Source: Promethearchaeota archaeon
Lineage (GTDB): Archaea > Asgardarchaeota > Lokiarchaeia > Sigyniarchaeales > SOKP01
DNA: 64,000 nucleotides
Reading direction: 5' to 3'
Assembly (NCBI GenBank): GCA_016840085.1
Contig: JAEOTA010000056.1
Coordinates: 5,328 to 69,327, forward strand
Shown here: one piece after another, positions 40,238-50,873 of the stretch
Position numbering within the stretch: the first letter of the stretch is position 1
Layout of the letters: every line of letters begins with the position of its first letter
Notes under the pieces: generated by a model
Database searches by the model: none
What the model saw: only the letters and a program-made list of their open reading frames with translations
What the model was told of the DNA's origin: nothing
Made by a program: the position numbers and the translations under genes

Positions 40238-40335
40238 ATAATAATTTTTTATATAGTAATTTATCTCATTATTAGATTATTATATTCTATAATCATCATA
40301 TTATAATAATATTATAATTAAATTCTACTTGAATT

Positions 40336-40818
40336 ATGGATTGGCATGAAAAAAACGCTGAATTTAATGCTTTAATTAGACAACTTTTTCACGATGATGA
40401 TTGGCAAAAAAGAGCTGATGCTGCGAGGCATTTAGGTATATTAAAGGACGGAAGAGCAATAAATTTATTATGTAGAGCACTTAGAACAGAAGAAGATCAT
40501 ATCGTTATTAACAAAATAATCGAATCATTAGGTAGAATAGGAGATGGAAGAGCAACTCTGAGAATTATTGAGAAACTGAGGGAGGAAAAAGAAAGAATAG
40601 AGCCAGATAAATATAGAATAATATATATCTTAGAAAGTTTAACAAGCATTAAAGATAAACGCGCATTAGCTTATATTGGGTCGTTCTTAGATTCCTCAGA
40701 TAATGAAGTAAGAGAATTAGCTTATAAAGCTTTTGATATAATAGAGCCTAATTGGAGAGAAATAATAAAGAAAGAAAGAAAGAAATCAATTCAGGATATT
40801 TTTAAAATTAATGATTAG
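40336..40818 (+). CDS. HEAT (PBS lyase-like) repeat protein
   Basis: RADAARHLG, IESLGRIGD, EVRELAYKA. Confidence 0.85.
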   Translation: MDWHEKNAEFNALIRQLFHDDDWQKRADAARHLGILKDGRAINLLCRALRTEEDHIVINKIIESLGRIGDGRATLRIIEKLREEKERIEPDKYRIIYILESLTSIKDKRALAYIGSFLDSSDNEVRELAYKAFDIIEPNWREIIKKERKKSIQDIFKIND

Positions 40819-40957
40819 GTAAATCTCTTTTTCTCTATACTTTTGTTTAGTTTTAATTTATAATAAAGACTTAATAAGTAGATTATTATGATTCCTTTAT
40901 ACTTTTTATTTTAAATTTATGAGTAAATTTGTATAAAACTAAGTAAGGTGTCATAAT

Positions 40958-42064
40958 CTGAAAAAATTGTGCGCATGTTGGGATTTAGAAGGACCTATTA
41001 GTATACTTGATTTTGCAGCAGAATTGGGAAAAGAATTAAGCAAAAAATCTCAATTAAATCTAAGAAACTATAATATGGGAGATTTTTTCAAAATGATTTC
41101 AAATTATGATGATTACATAATTGATATTCCAGGAGTTAAAGAAAAATTAAACATTCCTGATTATCAGCCTGGTGATACGCTTAGAATTATGGCTCCTTTG
41201 TATGTTGCTAGTTATACTGATACGGAATTAATTAACCTTGCTAGAAGTAACCTTGGATTATTACCTGGATGTAAAGAATTGATGAAAATTTTACATAAAG
41301 ATTGGGATATCTATGTTATTTCTACAAGCTATACTCATTTTGCTCACACGGTAACAGCAGCTTTAGATATTCCAAAAGATCATGTGTACTGCACAGATTT
41401 TAATATTAAAAAATTAACAGAAGGTTTGAACGATATAAAAAGCTCTGTAGATGTTTTAATTCGAGAAATATTTCAAAAATATCTTAATAATAATAAGGAC
41501 CTTAATACTGTTATTGAGGATTTGAATAATTTCTTTTGGAAAGGGGAAGAATCTGATTTTATTAAAGTGATGAATAAAATAAAAGTTAGAGGAGGAAAAC
41601 GTAAGGAATTAGCAGTAGAAGAGATATCCAAAAAAATAGGTATTCCTATTTCAGAGATGATTGCTTTAGGCGATTCAATTACAGATATTGATATGCTTCA
41701 AAGATTAAAAAATGAAGATGGTATTGCTATCTCTTTTAATGGAAATAGATTTAGCTTAAAGAGAGCTAATGTCGCAGTAACCAGTCCAAACAATCTAGGA
41801 ACTTTACCCATTTTTCAATTTAAAAAAGATATATATAATTTTTTAGATAGTTGGGAATTAAAATATGAAACTTTTAAACATGATCCAAAAAAAATCTCAA
41901 ATGAATTAATTTCAAATGAGTCCAAATACTACTTTATTAAATATAATTTTATACCAGATCTAAGAGATTTGACAAATAAATCAAAAGAACAAATAGAAGA
42001 AATAACGTTAATTCAGGAAAGAATGAGGAAAAAAGTCCGTGGTTGGGGAGGTACTTTAGGATAG
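40958..42064 (+). CDS. HAD-superfamily hydrolase (COG4030/EhaR-like)
   Basis: WDLEGP, YQPGDTL, ISTSY, GDSITD, SFNGN; probable CTG start at 40958. Confidence 0.85.
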   Translation: MKKLCACWDLEGPISILDFAAELGKELSKKSQLNLRNYNMGDFFKMISNYDDYIIDIPGVKEKLNIPDYQPGDTLRIMAPLYVASYTDTELINLARSNLGLLPGCKELMKILHKDWDIYVISTSYTHFAHTVTAALDIPKDHVYCTDFNIKKLTEGLNDIKSSVDVLIREIFQKYLNNNKDLNTVIEDLNNFFWKGEESDFIKVMNKIKVRGGKRKELAVEEISKKIGIPISEMIALGDSITDIDMLQRLKNEDGIAISFNGNRFSLKRANVAVTSPNNLGTLPIFQFKKDIYNFLDSWELKYETFKHDPKKISNELISNESKYYFIKYNFIPDLRDLTNKSKEQIEEITLIQERMRKKVRGWGGTLG

Positions 42065-42300
42065 AATAATTAAAATTTACGAGATGGAATCTATTTGCCA
42101 TTTTATGTATTACAATTGAGAGCTTTTTTTTAACTATATTAAAATCTAGAACAAACTCCAACGTAGAGAAAAAATATATTTTTTAATTCCTATATTTTTA
42201 TTTAAGAAATGATTAATTTAATCTTTCAAAATTTATATATTGACAAATAATCATTTTTCTTAAATTAATATCATAATCTAATAGATTAATTGAGGTATGA

Positions 42301-45300
42301 TTGAAAATGTCAACCGCATTTGAAGATAAAAATAGATTAAATCGAATTATATCTGAAAATATCGATGATCCAATCTTTTTGTTAAATGAGAAATTTACTT
42401 GTGAATATACCAATTCTAAAATTTTAGGAGAAAATAAACTTTTTATTGATTTTATTCACCCAAATGAAACTAAGCATATAATAAAATTATTAAAAATTGT
42501 TTTGAAAATTGGGAATGGGATTGGGGAAGCAAGGATGAAGCTCGAAGTTAATCAATATGATTGGTTTGAAATTAGAGGTAAACGAATTCAGCTTGATAAT
42601 AAAACAAAAAAAATATTTCTCATTTGTAGGGATATTACAAATTATAAAAAAAAGGAGGAATATTATAAAGAAAGTCAGGAAAAGCTCAATAAATTGGCGG
42701 ATTCATTACCAGAAATTAGATATTGGAAATTTCTTCAATCGAAAGAAGGAATCAAAATAGTTCAAAAAACTCGGGAAATGTTAGAGCTTGTAATTGATAA
42801 TATACCTCAATTAATTTATTGGAAAGATAAAAACTTGGTGTATTTAGGGTGTAATAAAAATTATGCTCAAATAAATGAGATTCAAGAACCCTCTAATATT
42901 GTTGGCAAGACAGATAACGATTTAATCTGGTTAAAGAATAATTCATCGCACATCCAAGAGAGAGAGACACAAGTAATAAAAACTAATAAAGCAGATTATG
43001 ATGTTACTGAATTATTAAGTACTCCTGATGGCAATCAGGCTTGGTTTGAAATCAATAGAATCCCTTTACACGATTTAGAAGGTAATGTTGTAGGAATCCT
43101 CGTTACTTATGAAAATATCACTGGTCGAAAAACTGCTGAGCAAAAATTAAAAGAATCTGAAGAAAAATATCGTGGAATACTTGAAAATATAAAAGAAAGT
43201 TATTTTGAAGTTGATTTAAGAGGTAATATCACTTTTTTTAATGATTCATTATGTGACCTTATTGAATATTCACGAAATGAACTTTTGGGATTGAATTATA
43301 AATATATTATGGATGAGGAAAATCGAAAAGAAATTTTTAGAGGATTTAATGAAGTTTATAAAACTGGTGAACCTTTAAGTCATTTTCAATATCAATTTAA
43401 GATAAAATCTGGAAAAACTGTCATTTGTGAAACTTCAGTTTATTTGAATTATGATTCTAAAGGAAATAAAATTGGATTTAGAGGTATAACAAGTGAAATT
43501 ACGGAAAAATACATCTTAGAACAAAAGATTAAAGAGTCAGAAGAAAAATATCGAACAATTTTCAATGCAAGCCCAGATTATATTTTTATAACTGATATCA
43601 ATGGAAATATTTTAGAGATGAATCCTATAATGTTAAAAAGAATTGGCGTGACTTTAGAAGAAGTTCGTGGAAGAAATTTTTCTGAATTTTATACAGGTGA
43701 TAAACTTGATGAATTACAAAAAGTTGGTGAAAAAATTAGGGAAGGAAAAATGGTCAAAGGAATTGAATTTAAATCTAAGTCTAAACTTGGAGAAATTATT
43801 GAATATGAAATTAATTCTGTCCCTTTAATGGAAGATGGAAATGTGACCAAAATATTGAATTTAGCACGAGATGTATCATTTCGAAAAGAAGCTGAAAAAC
43901 GATTAAGAGAATCTGAAAAACAATATAGAAATATTATCGAAAATACTAAAGATACAATTGTTATTATAGGTTTAGATGGAAAATTTAAGTATATTTCCCC
44001 CCAACTTACTACGATGTTAGGTGGTCGCGAGGTTAATCTTCAAGCTGAATTGTTTTCAAATATTCATCCTGATGATATTAAAAATCTTGTAGATTTGTTT
44101 TCTAAAGCTGTAAGAGAAAAAAATGTCTTAACCGGAGAAGAAGTTGAATTTCGAGCATTACATCAAAATGGTCATTACATCTGGTTATCGAGTTCATCAA
44201 AAAATTATCAAGATGAAGATGGAAATATGATTGGTTTTATTACTTTAATACGCGATATAACTGATAAGAAAATTGCTGAACAGAAACTAAAAGAATCTGA
44301 AAAAAAGTATCGCCATTTATTCAAAAGTTCTCCTTACGGGATTATCTTAGTAAATAGAAAAGGACAAATTATAGATGCGAATCCCGCAACTGAGATTTTA
44401 TTTGGGAGAAATATGGAGGAATTAATAAATGAAAGCTTTTTAAATATAAGAATAAAACCCGAAAAGATTTTACCAGTATTTAAACAAAGGTATGAAGCAA
44501 TTCTCAAGGGAAAAGTACCAACACCTTTAGAAATACAAATTACTAGATCTCAAGATAGAGGAAAAATATGGATAAACATTGATGATTCATTAGTGGAAGT
44601 TGGAGGTGAAATGCTTTTTCAAGTCATAATACAGGATATAACTGAAAAAAAAATTGCTGAACAGAAATTAAAGAAATCTCAAGAAGAATTGCAGATTTTA
44701 AATCGTGAGTTAGAACAGAAAGTCAAAGAAAGAACTAAAAATTTAATAGAATCTGAAAGACAATATCGTACAACGATAAATTCATTAGCAGATCCTCTTC
44801 ATGTCGTAGATAAAGATTTAAGATTAATTTTAATCAATAAAGAACTTCATAACTGGCTTAAAGAACTCAATTTGAATTCAAACATATTTGGTAAACAGGT
44901 CTTTGAAGCGTTCCCATTTTTACCCCCTAAGGTTCATGAAGAATATATGCAAGTATTTGATACGGGAATACCTCTCATTACTAAAGAAACCACAATACTG
45001 AACAATTTTGATGTCATTACTGAAACTCGAAAAATCCCGATCTTTCGTGAAGGAAAAGTTGAGCAAGTAATTACAATAATACGAAATATCACTGAAAGTT
45101 TCAAATTAGAGCAAGAATTGCGTCAATCTGAGAGGAAATTAAGAGAGCAAAATATTGAGTTAATGAAAATGGATAAAATAAAAAATGATTTTATAAGTAT
45201 GGCGGCGCATGAGTTAAAGACTCCTTTAATTTCAATTTCGGGATACACTGATTATATACTTTTGAAACATAGAAATCATCTAAATCCAGAAATTACAGAA

Positions 45301-45870
45301 GATTTAAGAATTGTGCAACGAAATGTTAACAGATTGGAAATATTAATGGATCAATTACTTGATGTAATGAAGATTGACGAAGATAAATTAAAATTGCAGG
45401 TAGAACCTACTAATATATGTAAAATAATTAATAACTGCCTTAATGAATTAAGTTATTTGATTAATGAAAAGAATCTTGAGATAATTCTTAATATTGATCC
45501 TGAAATGATGTTGAATGTAGACCCAACTCGAATTATGACTGTTTTTTCTAACTTGATCTCAAATGCAATAAAATTTACACCTGACTATGGGTGGATTGAA
45601 ATATCTACCAAAAAAGATAAAAATAAATATTTTTTTGAAATAAAAGATAACGGGATTGGATTAACAGAAAGCGAAATTGGGCGGTTATTCAAAAAATTTG
45701 AAAGGATTAAACAACCGATAATAAGTAAAAGTAGTATTATAAAAGATACTGGAACTGGTCTGGGTCTTTATATTACTAAAGGTATAGTTAATGCACATGG
45801 CGGAGAAATCTGGGCAACTTCTGAAGGTGAAAATAAAGGATCTACTTTTATCTTTGCATTACCATTTTAA
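42301..45870 (+). CDS. Cytoplasmic multi-PAS (about 7) sensor histidine kinase
   Basis: Repeated DIT..K.AE.KLKESE.KYR linkers; AHELKTPL H-box, NLISNAIKF, DNGIG, GTGLGL. Confidence 0.95.
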   Translation: MKMSTAFEDKNRLNRIISENIDDPIFLLNEKFTCEYTNSKILGENKLFIDFIHPNETKHIIKLLKIVLKIGNGIGEARMKLEVNQYDWFEIRGKRIQLDNKTKKIFLICRDITNYKKKEEYYKESQEKLNKLADSLPEIRYWKFLQSKEGIKIVQKTREMLELVIDNIPQLIYWKDKNLVYLGCNKNYAQINEIQEPSNIVGKTDNDLIWLKNNSSHIQERETQVIKTNKADYDVTELLSTPDGNQAWFEINRIPLHDLEGNVVGILVTYENITGRKTAEQKLKESEEKYRGILENIKESYFEVDLRGNITFFNDSLCDLIEYSRNELLGLNYKYIMDEENRKEIFRGFNEVYKTGEPLSHFQYQFKIKSGKTVICETSVYLNYDSKGNKIGFRGITSEITEKYILEQKIKESEEKYRTIFNASPDYIFITDINGNILEMNPIMLKRIGVTLEEVRGRNFSEFYTGDKLDELQKVGEKIREGKMVKGIEFKSKSKLGEIIEYEINSVPLMEDGNVTKILNLARDVSFRKEAEKRLRESEKQYRNIIENTKDTIVIIGLDGKFKYISPQLTTMLGGREVNLQAELFSNIHPDDIKNLVDLFSKAVREKNVLTGEEVEFRALHQNGHYIWLSSSSKNYQDEDGNMIGFITLIRDITDKKIAEQKLKESEKKYRHLFKSSPYGIILVNRKGQIIDANPATEILFGRNMEELINESFLNIRIKPEKILPVFKQRYEAILKGKVPTPLEIQITRSQDRGKIWINIDDSLVEVGGEMLFQVIIQDITEKKIAEQKLKKSQEELQILNRELEQKVKERTKNLIESERQYRTTINSLADPLHVVDKDLRLILINKELHNWLKELNLNSNIFGKQVFEAFPFLPPKVHEEYMQVFDTGIPLITKETTILNNFDVITETRKIPIFREGKVEQVITIIRNITESFKLEQELRQSERKLREQNIELMKMDKIKNDFISMAAHELKTPLISISGYTDYILLKHRNHLNPEITEDLRIVQRNVNRLEILMDQLLDVMKIDEDKLKLQVEPTNICKIINNCLNELSYLINEKNLEIILNIDPEMMLNVDPTRIMTVFSNLISNAIKFTPDYGWIEISTKKDKNKYFFEIKDNGIGLTESEIGRLFKKFERIKQPIISKSSIIKDTGTGLGLYITKGIVNAHGGEIWATSEGENKGSTFIFALPF

Positions 45871-45999
45871 TTTTATTTAATTAAGAGTTCAATTATTTTT
45901 TATTTAATAACAAACAGAAATTTATTTACCTGTTATATTATATTATTGATTTTTCATAAACTAGAGTATTGAAATGTCTTATTTGTTTAGAAATTCAAA

Positions 46000-48153
46000 A
46001 TGGCTACATTAATTATTACTGAAAAAAATAAAGCAGCAGAAGCTATAGCAAAAGCGTTAGGTACCGCTAAAGTAATAAAGAAAGCCAAATCCTTAAATAT
46101 ATATATTATTCCTTCGAAAAATATATATGTTGTCCCACTTCGTGGACACATTCTTGAATATAAAAATACTGATAGCTATAAAAGTTGGACAAAGACAAAT
46201 CCAAGGGAAATAATTACAAACCCAAAAGCAATTAAGAAAATTCCTATAAGTTATGCTTACCCCTATATTAATGCTTTAAAGGAATATTCAAAAATTTCAG
46301 ATCATTGTGTTATAGGGACGGATGCTGATATTGAAGGATGTAACATTGGATTATTTGATGCACTTCCGTTTGTAAGACAGGGAAATCCTCATATAAAACT
46401 ATCACAAATGTGGCTTAGTTCTCTTCAAAAAACTGAAATAATAAATAAGTATAATAACCTTATAGCACCAAAATATAGTTGGGGTGAATCAGGAGAAACA
46501 AGAGCTTATATAGATGCATTTATAGGGTTTTCAGCTACTCGTGAAGTTACTAACACTCTTCGCCCACTTTTAAATAAATTTAGAATTCAATTTACTTCAA
46601 TTGGTAGAGTTCAAACCAGCCTTCTATATTTAATTTATTTAAGAGAACAGGATATAGTTAATTTTATTCCTGAACCATATTTTTTAATTGATGCCATTTT
46701 ATCTCATAATAAAGGAACTTTCATTGCTCATCATCAATTCAATCCTTTTAACAAGAATGAAAAATCCAAAGCAAATCAAATTTTTCAGAAGATTAAAGAT
46801 GAGAAAAAAGGGAAAATTATTGATAATTCTAAAAAATCAAATAAAAGATTCCCTCCTCCTCCATTGAATACTTCAAAAGCTCTTGTACTTTTAACTAAAA
46901 ATCTAAAGATTACCGCGAATACTGCATTGAGAACTATGAATACATTATATCTTAATAAAATAATTTCCTATCCCAGAACGGATAGCGATGTATACAAATC
47001 AAGTTTTAATCATCTTGAAATTTTAAAAAAGATCTCTTCACATTCTCAATTTGGGAATTATACAACAAATTTATTAAAAAATAATCGAATAAATCCAACA
47101 ATAGGAAAGAAAGATGCAGGAGATCATCCTCCAATAACGCCTCTAGAAAGTTTAGAGATAAATAGTCCAAAATTAGAAAATGATTTGCAGAAAAAAGTTT
47201 ATGCTCTGCTAACAAGGCATTATCTCGCTCTATTTGGGGAAGCTGCGATAGAATCAAAACAATTATTAAAAATCCTGATTAAAGAGGAGCTATTTCAAGC
47301 TCAACTTGTATACTTGATTTCTCCAGGATATCTTAAAATTGCTCCTTTTCTTAAACCTAAATATAACGAGATTATTCAAATTTTTGGAAATGAAATTCCA
47401 ATAAATGAAATCTTATTTCTAGATAAAGAAACCAAACCTCAACCAAGATATACCGATACTTCTCTACTTAAATTAATGGATAAAAATCATTTAGGTACAA
47501 AATCAACAAGACCGATAATAATTAGATTATTACAAACTCGCAATTTGATAAAAAGAATCAAATATACATATTCCATAACCGATCTAGGTAAATTTTTAAT
47601 TGAACATCTAATAAAGATATGGATGCCGTTTTTAGAGCCCAATTTTACTAAAAGAGTAGAAGAAAAACTGGAAGACATTAAAAATAAAAGAAGAAAAATG
47701 TACGATGTTGTAAATGATATAAGAACAGAATTTTTGGAATTATTTGACAAGTTTATAGCTAGTAAGAAAGAATTAATTTCTAACGCTAATAATTATAAAA
47801 TAAATTTTACTATACCTCTTACTACTTCAAATTGTCCTTACTGTAAAACAAGTCCAATGAAATTCATAAATTTAAAGAACAAAAGATTTTTAGTTTGCGC
47901 AGATGATAATTGCAAAAAATATTTATCATTACCAAAGAATGGAAAAATAGAGTTATTAGAATCAACGTGTTCTATTTGTAAATTCAATATTTTTAAAATT
48001 TCTCTTAAAAAGAATAATAAATTTTACAATTATTATTTATGTCCTCAATGTTGGAATGAAGGCTTTAAAGATAATTCAGGTAAAGGTTTTTGTTCAAATT
48101 GTAAAGAATATAAAATATTTAAGGATGATTGCATAAAAAAAAATAAATCATAA
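46000..48153 (+). CDS. topA: Type IA DNA topoisomerase with C-terminal zinc ribbons
   Basis: LIITEK, GHIL, TDADIEG, GRVQT, ISYPRTD catalytic Tyr, LGTKSTR. Confidence 0.95.
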   Translation: MATLIITEKNKAAEAIAKALGTAKVIKKAKSLNIYIIPSKNIYVVPLRGHILEYKNTDSYKSWTKTNPREIITNPKAIKKIPISYAYPYINALKEYSKISDHCVIGTDADIEGCNIGLFDALPFVRQGNPHIKLSQMWLSSLQKTEIINKYNNLIAPKYSWGESGETRAYIDAFIGFSATREVTNTLRPLLNKFRIQFTSIGRVQTSLLYLIYLREQDIVNFIPEPYFLIDAILSHNKGTFIAHHQFNPFNKNEKSKANQIFQKIKDEKKGKIIDNSKKSNKRFPPPPLNTSKALVLLTKNLKITANTALRTMNTLYLNKIISYPRTDSDVYKSSFNHLEILKKISSHSQFGNYTTNLLKNNRINPTIGKKDAGDHPPITPLESLEINSPKLENDLQKKVYALLTRHYLALFGEAAIESKQLLKILIKEELFQAQLVYLISPGYLKIAPFLKPKYNEIIQIFGNEIPINEILFLDKETKPQPRYTDTSLLKLMDKNHLGTKSTRPIIIRLLQTRNLIKRIKYTYSITDLGKFLIEHLIKIWMPFLEPNFTKRVEEKLEDIKNKRRKMYDVVNDIRTEFLELFDKFIASKKELISNANNYKINFTIPLTTSNCPYCKTSPMKFINLKNKRFLVCADDNCKKYLSLPKNGKIELLESTCSICKFNIFKISLKKNNKFYNYYLCPQCWNEGFKDNSGKGFCSNCKEYKIFKDDCIKKNKS

Positions 48154-48201
48154 ACTTCTATTATTATCAAAATAAAAGATCTATATTTTTGGTTTTACAA
48201 A

Positions 48202-48702
48202 ATGAATAAATTTGGATTTATCTCTTTATTACTTACATTTGTTCTTTATTTTCTTCAGTTTATACCTATGGGGATTTCCTTCCAATTTGAAACTCCATTC
48301 ATAATCACTCTGGTTAAAATTCCAATTCATATTTTTGCTTATGAAAATAATGAAATCTTTTTTTGGGGGATAATAGCAAATGGAAATTTCCAATTCTGGT
48401 TTAATATTAATATTTTAACTGGTATTTTTTTATTAATTCTCACACCACTTGCAGCAGTTTTAAATATTTTTGGCTTTTGTAAAGAAAATAAAACTGGAAA
48501 AAAATTAATGAATGCGAATTTCGTCATATTATTGATTATTTTTTTATACATTATTATTGGGATTCCTATATACAGTGAAGAAATTTTTGGAATTCAATTT
48601 GGATATTTTGATATCTTTCTTTATCTCAATTATGGATTTTTTATTCTGTTAATTAATGTTATAATCGCTGGAATAGCTTACTTTACACACCCAATTAAAT
48701 AA
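48202..48702 (+). CDS. 4-TM membrane protein
   Basis: Hydrophobic helices; FFWG..NG loop; YGFFIL final TM. Confidence 0.75.
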   Translation: MNKFGFISLLLTFVLYFLQFIPMGISFQFETPFIITLVKIPIHIFAYENNEIFFWGIIANGNFQFWFNINILTGIFLLILTPLAAVLNIFGFCKENKTGKKLMNANFVILLIIFLYIIIGIPIYSEEIFGIQFGYFDIFLYLNYGFFILLINVIIAGIAYFTHPIK

Positions 48703-48718
48703 GTGGAGGATCTTTTAA

Positions 48719-49195
48719 ATGGCATTAAAATCAGGTATTTTTGCTGGAATAATCGCATTTATAATTGCTTTCATAGCTGAGTTCCCTATATATCCCCCTG
48801 AAAATTGGGTAATCAACTTTAAATTATTTTCTTTACACAAAACTAATTTCTATTACTGGGGCTATACAACTAATGGTCACGGTGTATTCACGCCCCTTTT
48901 AGGCTCTATTCCTGAATGTCTTATTTCTGTTTGTTTTTGGTCTTTTATCTTTATTATTGGATTGAATTCTATAATGGCCTCAACTTCTAAAGCAAATCTA
49001 AACAATTCTTTAAAATTATTTAAGTTAAATATTTTATTACTGATTTTAATATTAATTATATTTAGTTGGATAGCAGTAACATTAATTTTAGAAGATTTTA
49101 GCTCTTTTTTTGATATTATTGGATTAGGTTATTACTTAACTATTAGTGTTTTGATTCTTAATATAATTGCAGTAAAGAAAGTAAAAAAATTATAA
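48719..49195 (+). CDS. 4-TM membrane protein (distant paralog of upstream gene)
   Basis: YYWG..NG loop; LGYYLT final TM; GGAGG upstream. Confidence 0.75.
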   Translation: MALKSGIFAGIIAFIIAFIAEFPIYPPENWVINFKLFSLHKTNFYYWGYTTNGHGVFTPLLGSIPECLISVCFWSFIFIIGLNSIMASTSKANLNNSLKLFKLNILLLILILIIFSWIAVTLILEDFSSFFDIIGLGYYLTISVLILNIIAVKKVKKL

Positions 49196-49208
49196 CACGT
49201 TCTGCCTT

Positions 49209-49547
49209 CTAAAAGAAATTTCTCGTCTCGAATCTATATGCTGCTCGCGTTAAACCTACATAATTATCTGAGATTTTATAAAACATTTTACCATTTACAA
49301 TTTTCTTCTGTAAGTAATTATTTTTTAGAGTATGATTGAGAGCGCCGATCATAGTCCCTAGCGTGACTGCTCCTATAAACCCATGCTGTTTTTTAGTTAC
49401 TCTTATTAATTCAAGCTCAGAATGCCACTGACCATCGAGTAAAGCTATTAGAATTTCGTTTTTAATTGGAGTTTTAATATCCTTAATTTTATTAAATAAA
49501 ATTGAATAGCTAGGTTTATAGTATTTATTTTCCTCAATTCCTTCCAT
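49209..49547 (-). CDS. Winged-helix protein
   Basis: NEILIALLDGQWHSELELI...YLQKKIVNGKMFYKIS. Confidence 0.7.
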   Translation of the reverse strand: MEGIEENKYYKPSYSILFNKIKDIKTPIKNEILIALLDGQWHSELELIRVTKKQHGFIGAVTLGTMIGALNHTLKNNYLQKKIVNGKMFYKISDNYVGLTRAAYRFETRNFF

Positions 49548-49659
49548 TATTTAAATTACCTTTAAAAAAGAGAGTTTATAATATTAAATAATACTAAATT
49601 TTGTTATTTAACTAAATATATTATCACAGTATTATGAAAATTCAATTGGATAATATTCA

Positions 49660-50781
49660 TTATATCAAATCAGGTGTGATGCCCTCTTTAAAATATCTGG
49701 CTCGAGTTATCCAATTGTCTGAGAATTCTGGAATCATGGCCAGAATAGAACCACCAATCCAAACGGAAAATGTCCTTTCTTGAGGAGCAATAATTCTGAG
49801 GGACTGATCTTTTTTCTTCCTCCTAGCCAACTCCAATTCTAATTCTTGATATATACGTGATTTTAGATTAGGGAACATTGAAGATCCTCCAGATAGAAAT
49901 ATGTTGTTTAATAATTCTGGACGAATATCTAAATCACAAGCTCCAATCACATCTATTATAGCAACGGGTAATGAGTCTTCCTCTAATTCTGAAGAAGGGT
50001 TAAATAAGAGCTCTGGTACAATAAATCTTTCTTTATTCAAAGAAATAGTGGAGCCATCGGGTAAGGAATATTCCTTTTCATACTGTTCACTTCTTCTTAG
50101 GTCTTCTTTATAATCTAGCGATACAAAACAAGCCTTTTCCTTTAATACTCGAACTAGTTCTCGTCTTATAGATGAATCTACAGACCATCCAATTGATTCT
50201 AATGTTTGTTCCATATACCGAGTTAAGACTCTTCCTCCTATGTCCAAAATCTTTACTGCATGTTCTAATTTATAGCCTTCATAAATTGGAACAATTCTGG
50301 TATTACTATCACCAATTTCAATAATTAAGCCTGTTTGAAATCCTCCTGAATATAGAGTCAACATAGAATCAAGTACAGGATAAAAAGCCATGCATTGATA
50401 CTGCTCTAAGAAAAGTTCAAAAATTTTTTTTAAATCTTTATACGGAAATAAAGGGTGTACAGCAAATAATACATGCACCAAAGTGGGATCTACTCTCAAA
50501 TTATAAAAAATATAATCAATAATGTTTTCAAAACGTGCCCAATCTATAATCATCCCTCGTTCTATAGGATGAGAAATCTTATATAAACCAATTGATTGAA
50601 TTTCATCACCAACATAGATTTCATTTTCTCGAGATTCATTTGTTACATAATCAATCCCTACACTTTGGTATTTGGGCTGCCCAACCATCGTTAAAAATAC
50701 TTGGCTAGGTGAATCTTCTCCTGCAAATCCGATCTTTGAACTAAACTGACCTATATCTAAAACAACAGTAAGATTTCCCAT
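49660..50781 (-). CDS. Asgard actin-related protein (divergent actin)
   Basis: VVLDIG..SKIGFAGED.P, YVGDE, HPIERG, VPIYEG, YSLPDG, ERFIVPELLF, LSGGSSMFP, SVWIGGSILA. Confidence 0.95.
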   Translation of the reverse strand: MGNLTVVLDIGQFSSKIGFAGEDSPSQVFLTMVGQPKYQSVGIDYVTNESRENEIYVGDEIQSIGLYKISHPIERGMIIDWARFENIIDYIFYNLRVDPTLVHVLFAVHPLFPYKDLKKIFELFLEQYQCMAFYPVLDSMLTLYSGGFQTGLIIEIGDSNTRIVPIYEGYKLEHAVKILDIGGRVLTRYMEQTLESIGWSVDSSIRRELVRVLKEKACFVSLDYKEDLRRSEQYEKEYSLPDGSTISLNKERFIVPELLFNPSSELEEDSLPVAIIDVIGACDLDIRPELLNNIFLSGGSSMFPNLKSRIYQELELELARRKKKDQSLRIIAPQERTFSVWIGGSILAMIPEFSDNWITRARYFKEGITPDLI

Positions 50782-50873
50782 AATTTATATTAATTCAAAT
50801 TTCTTTTTTGTTAAATAGCCTAAAGACCAATATTTAATATATTATTATACTAATTCAAAAATATTATTTACTT

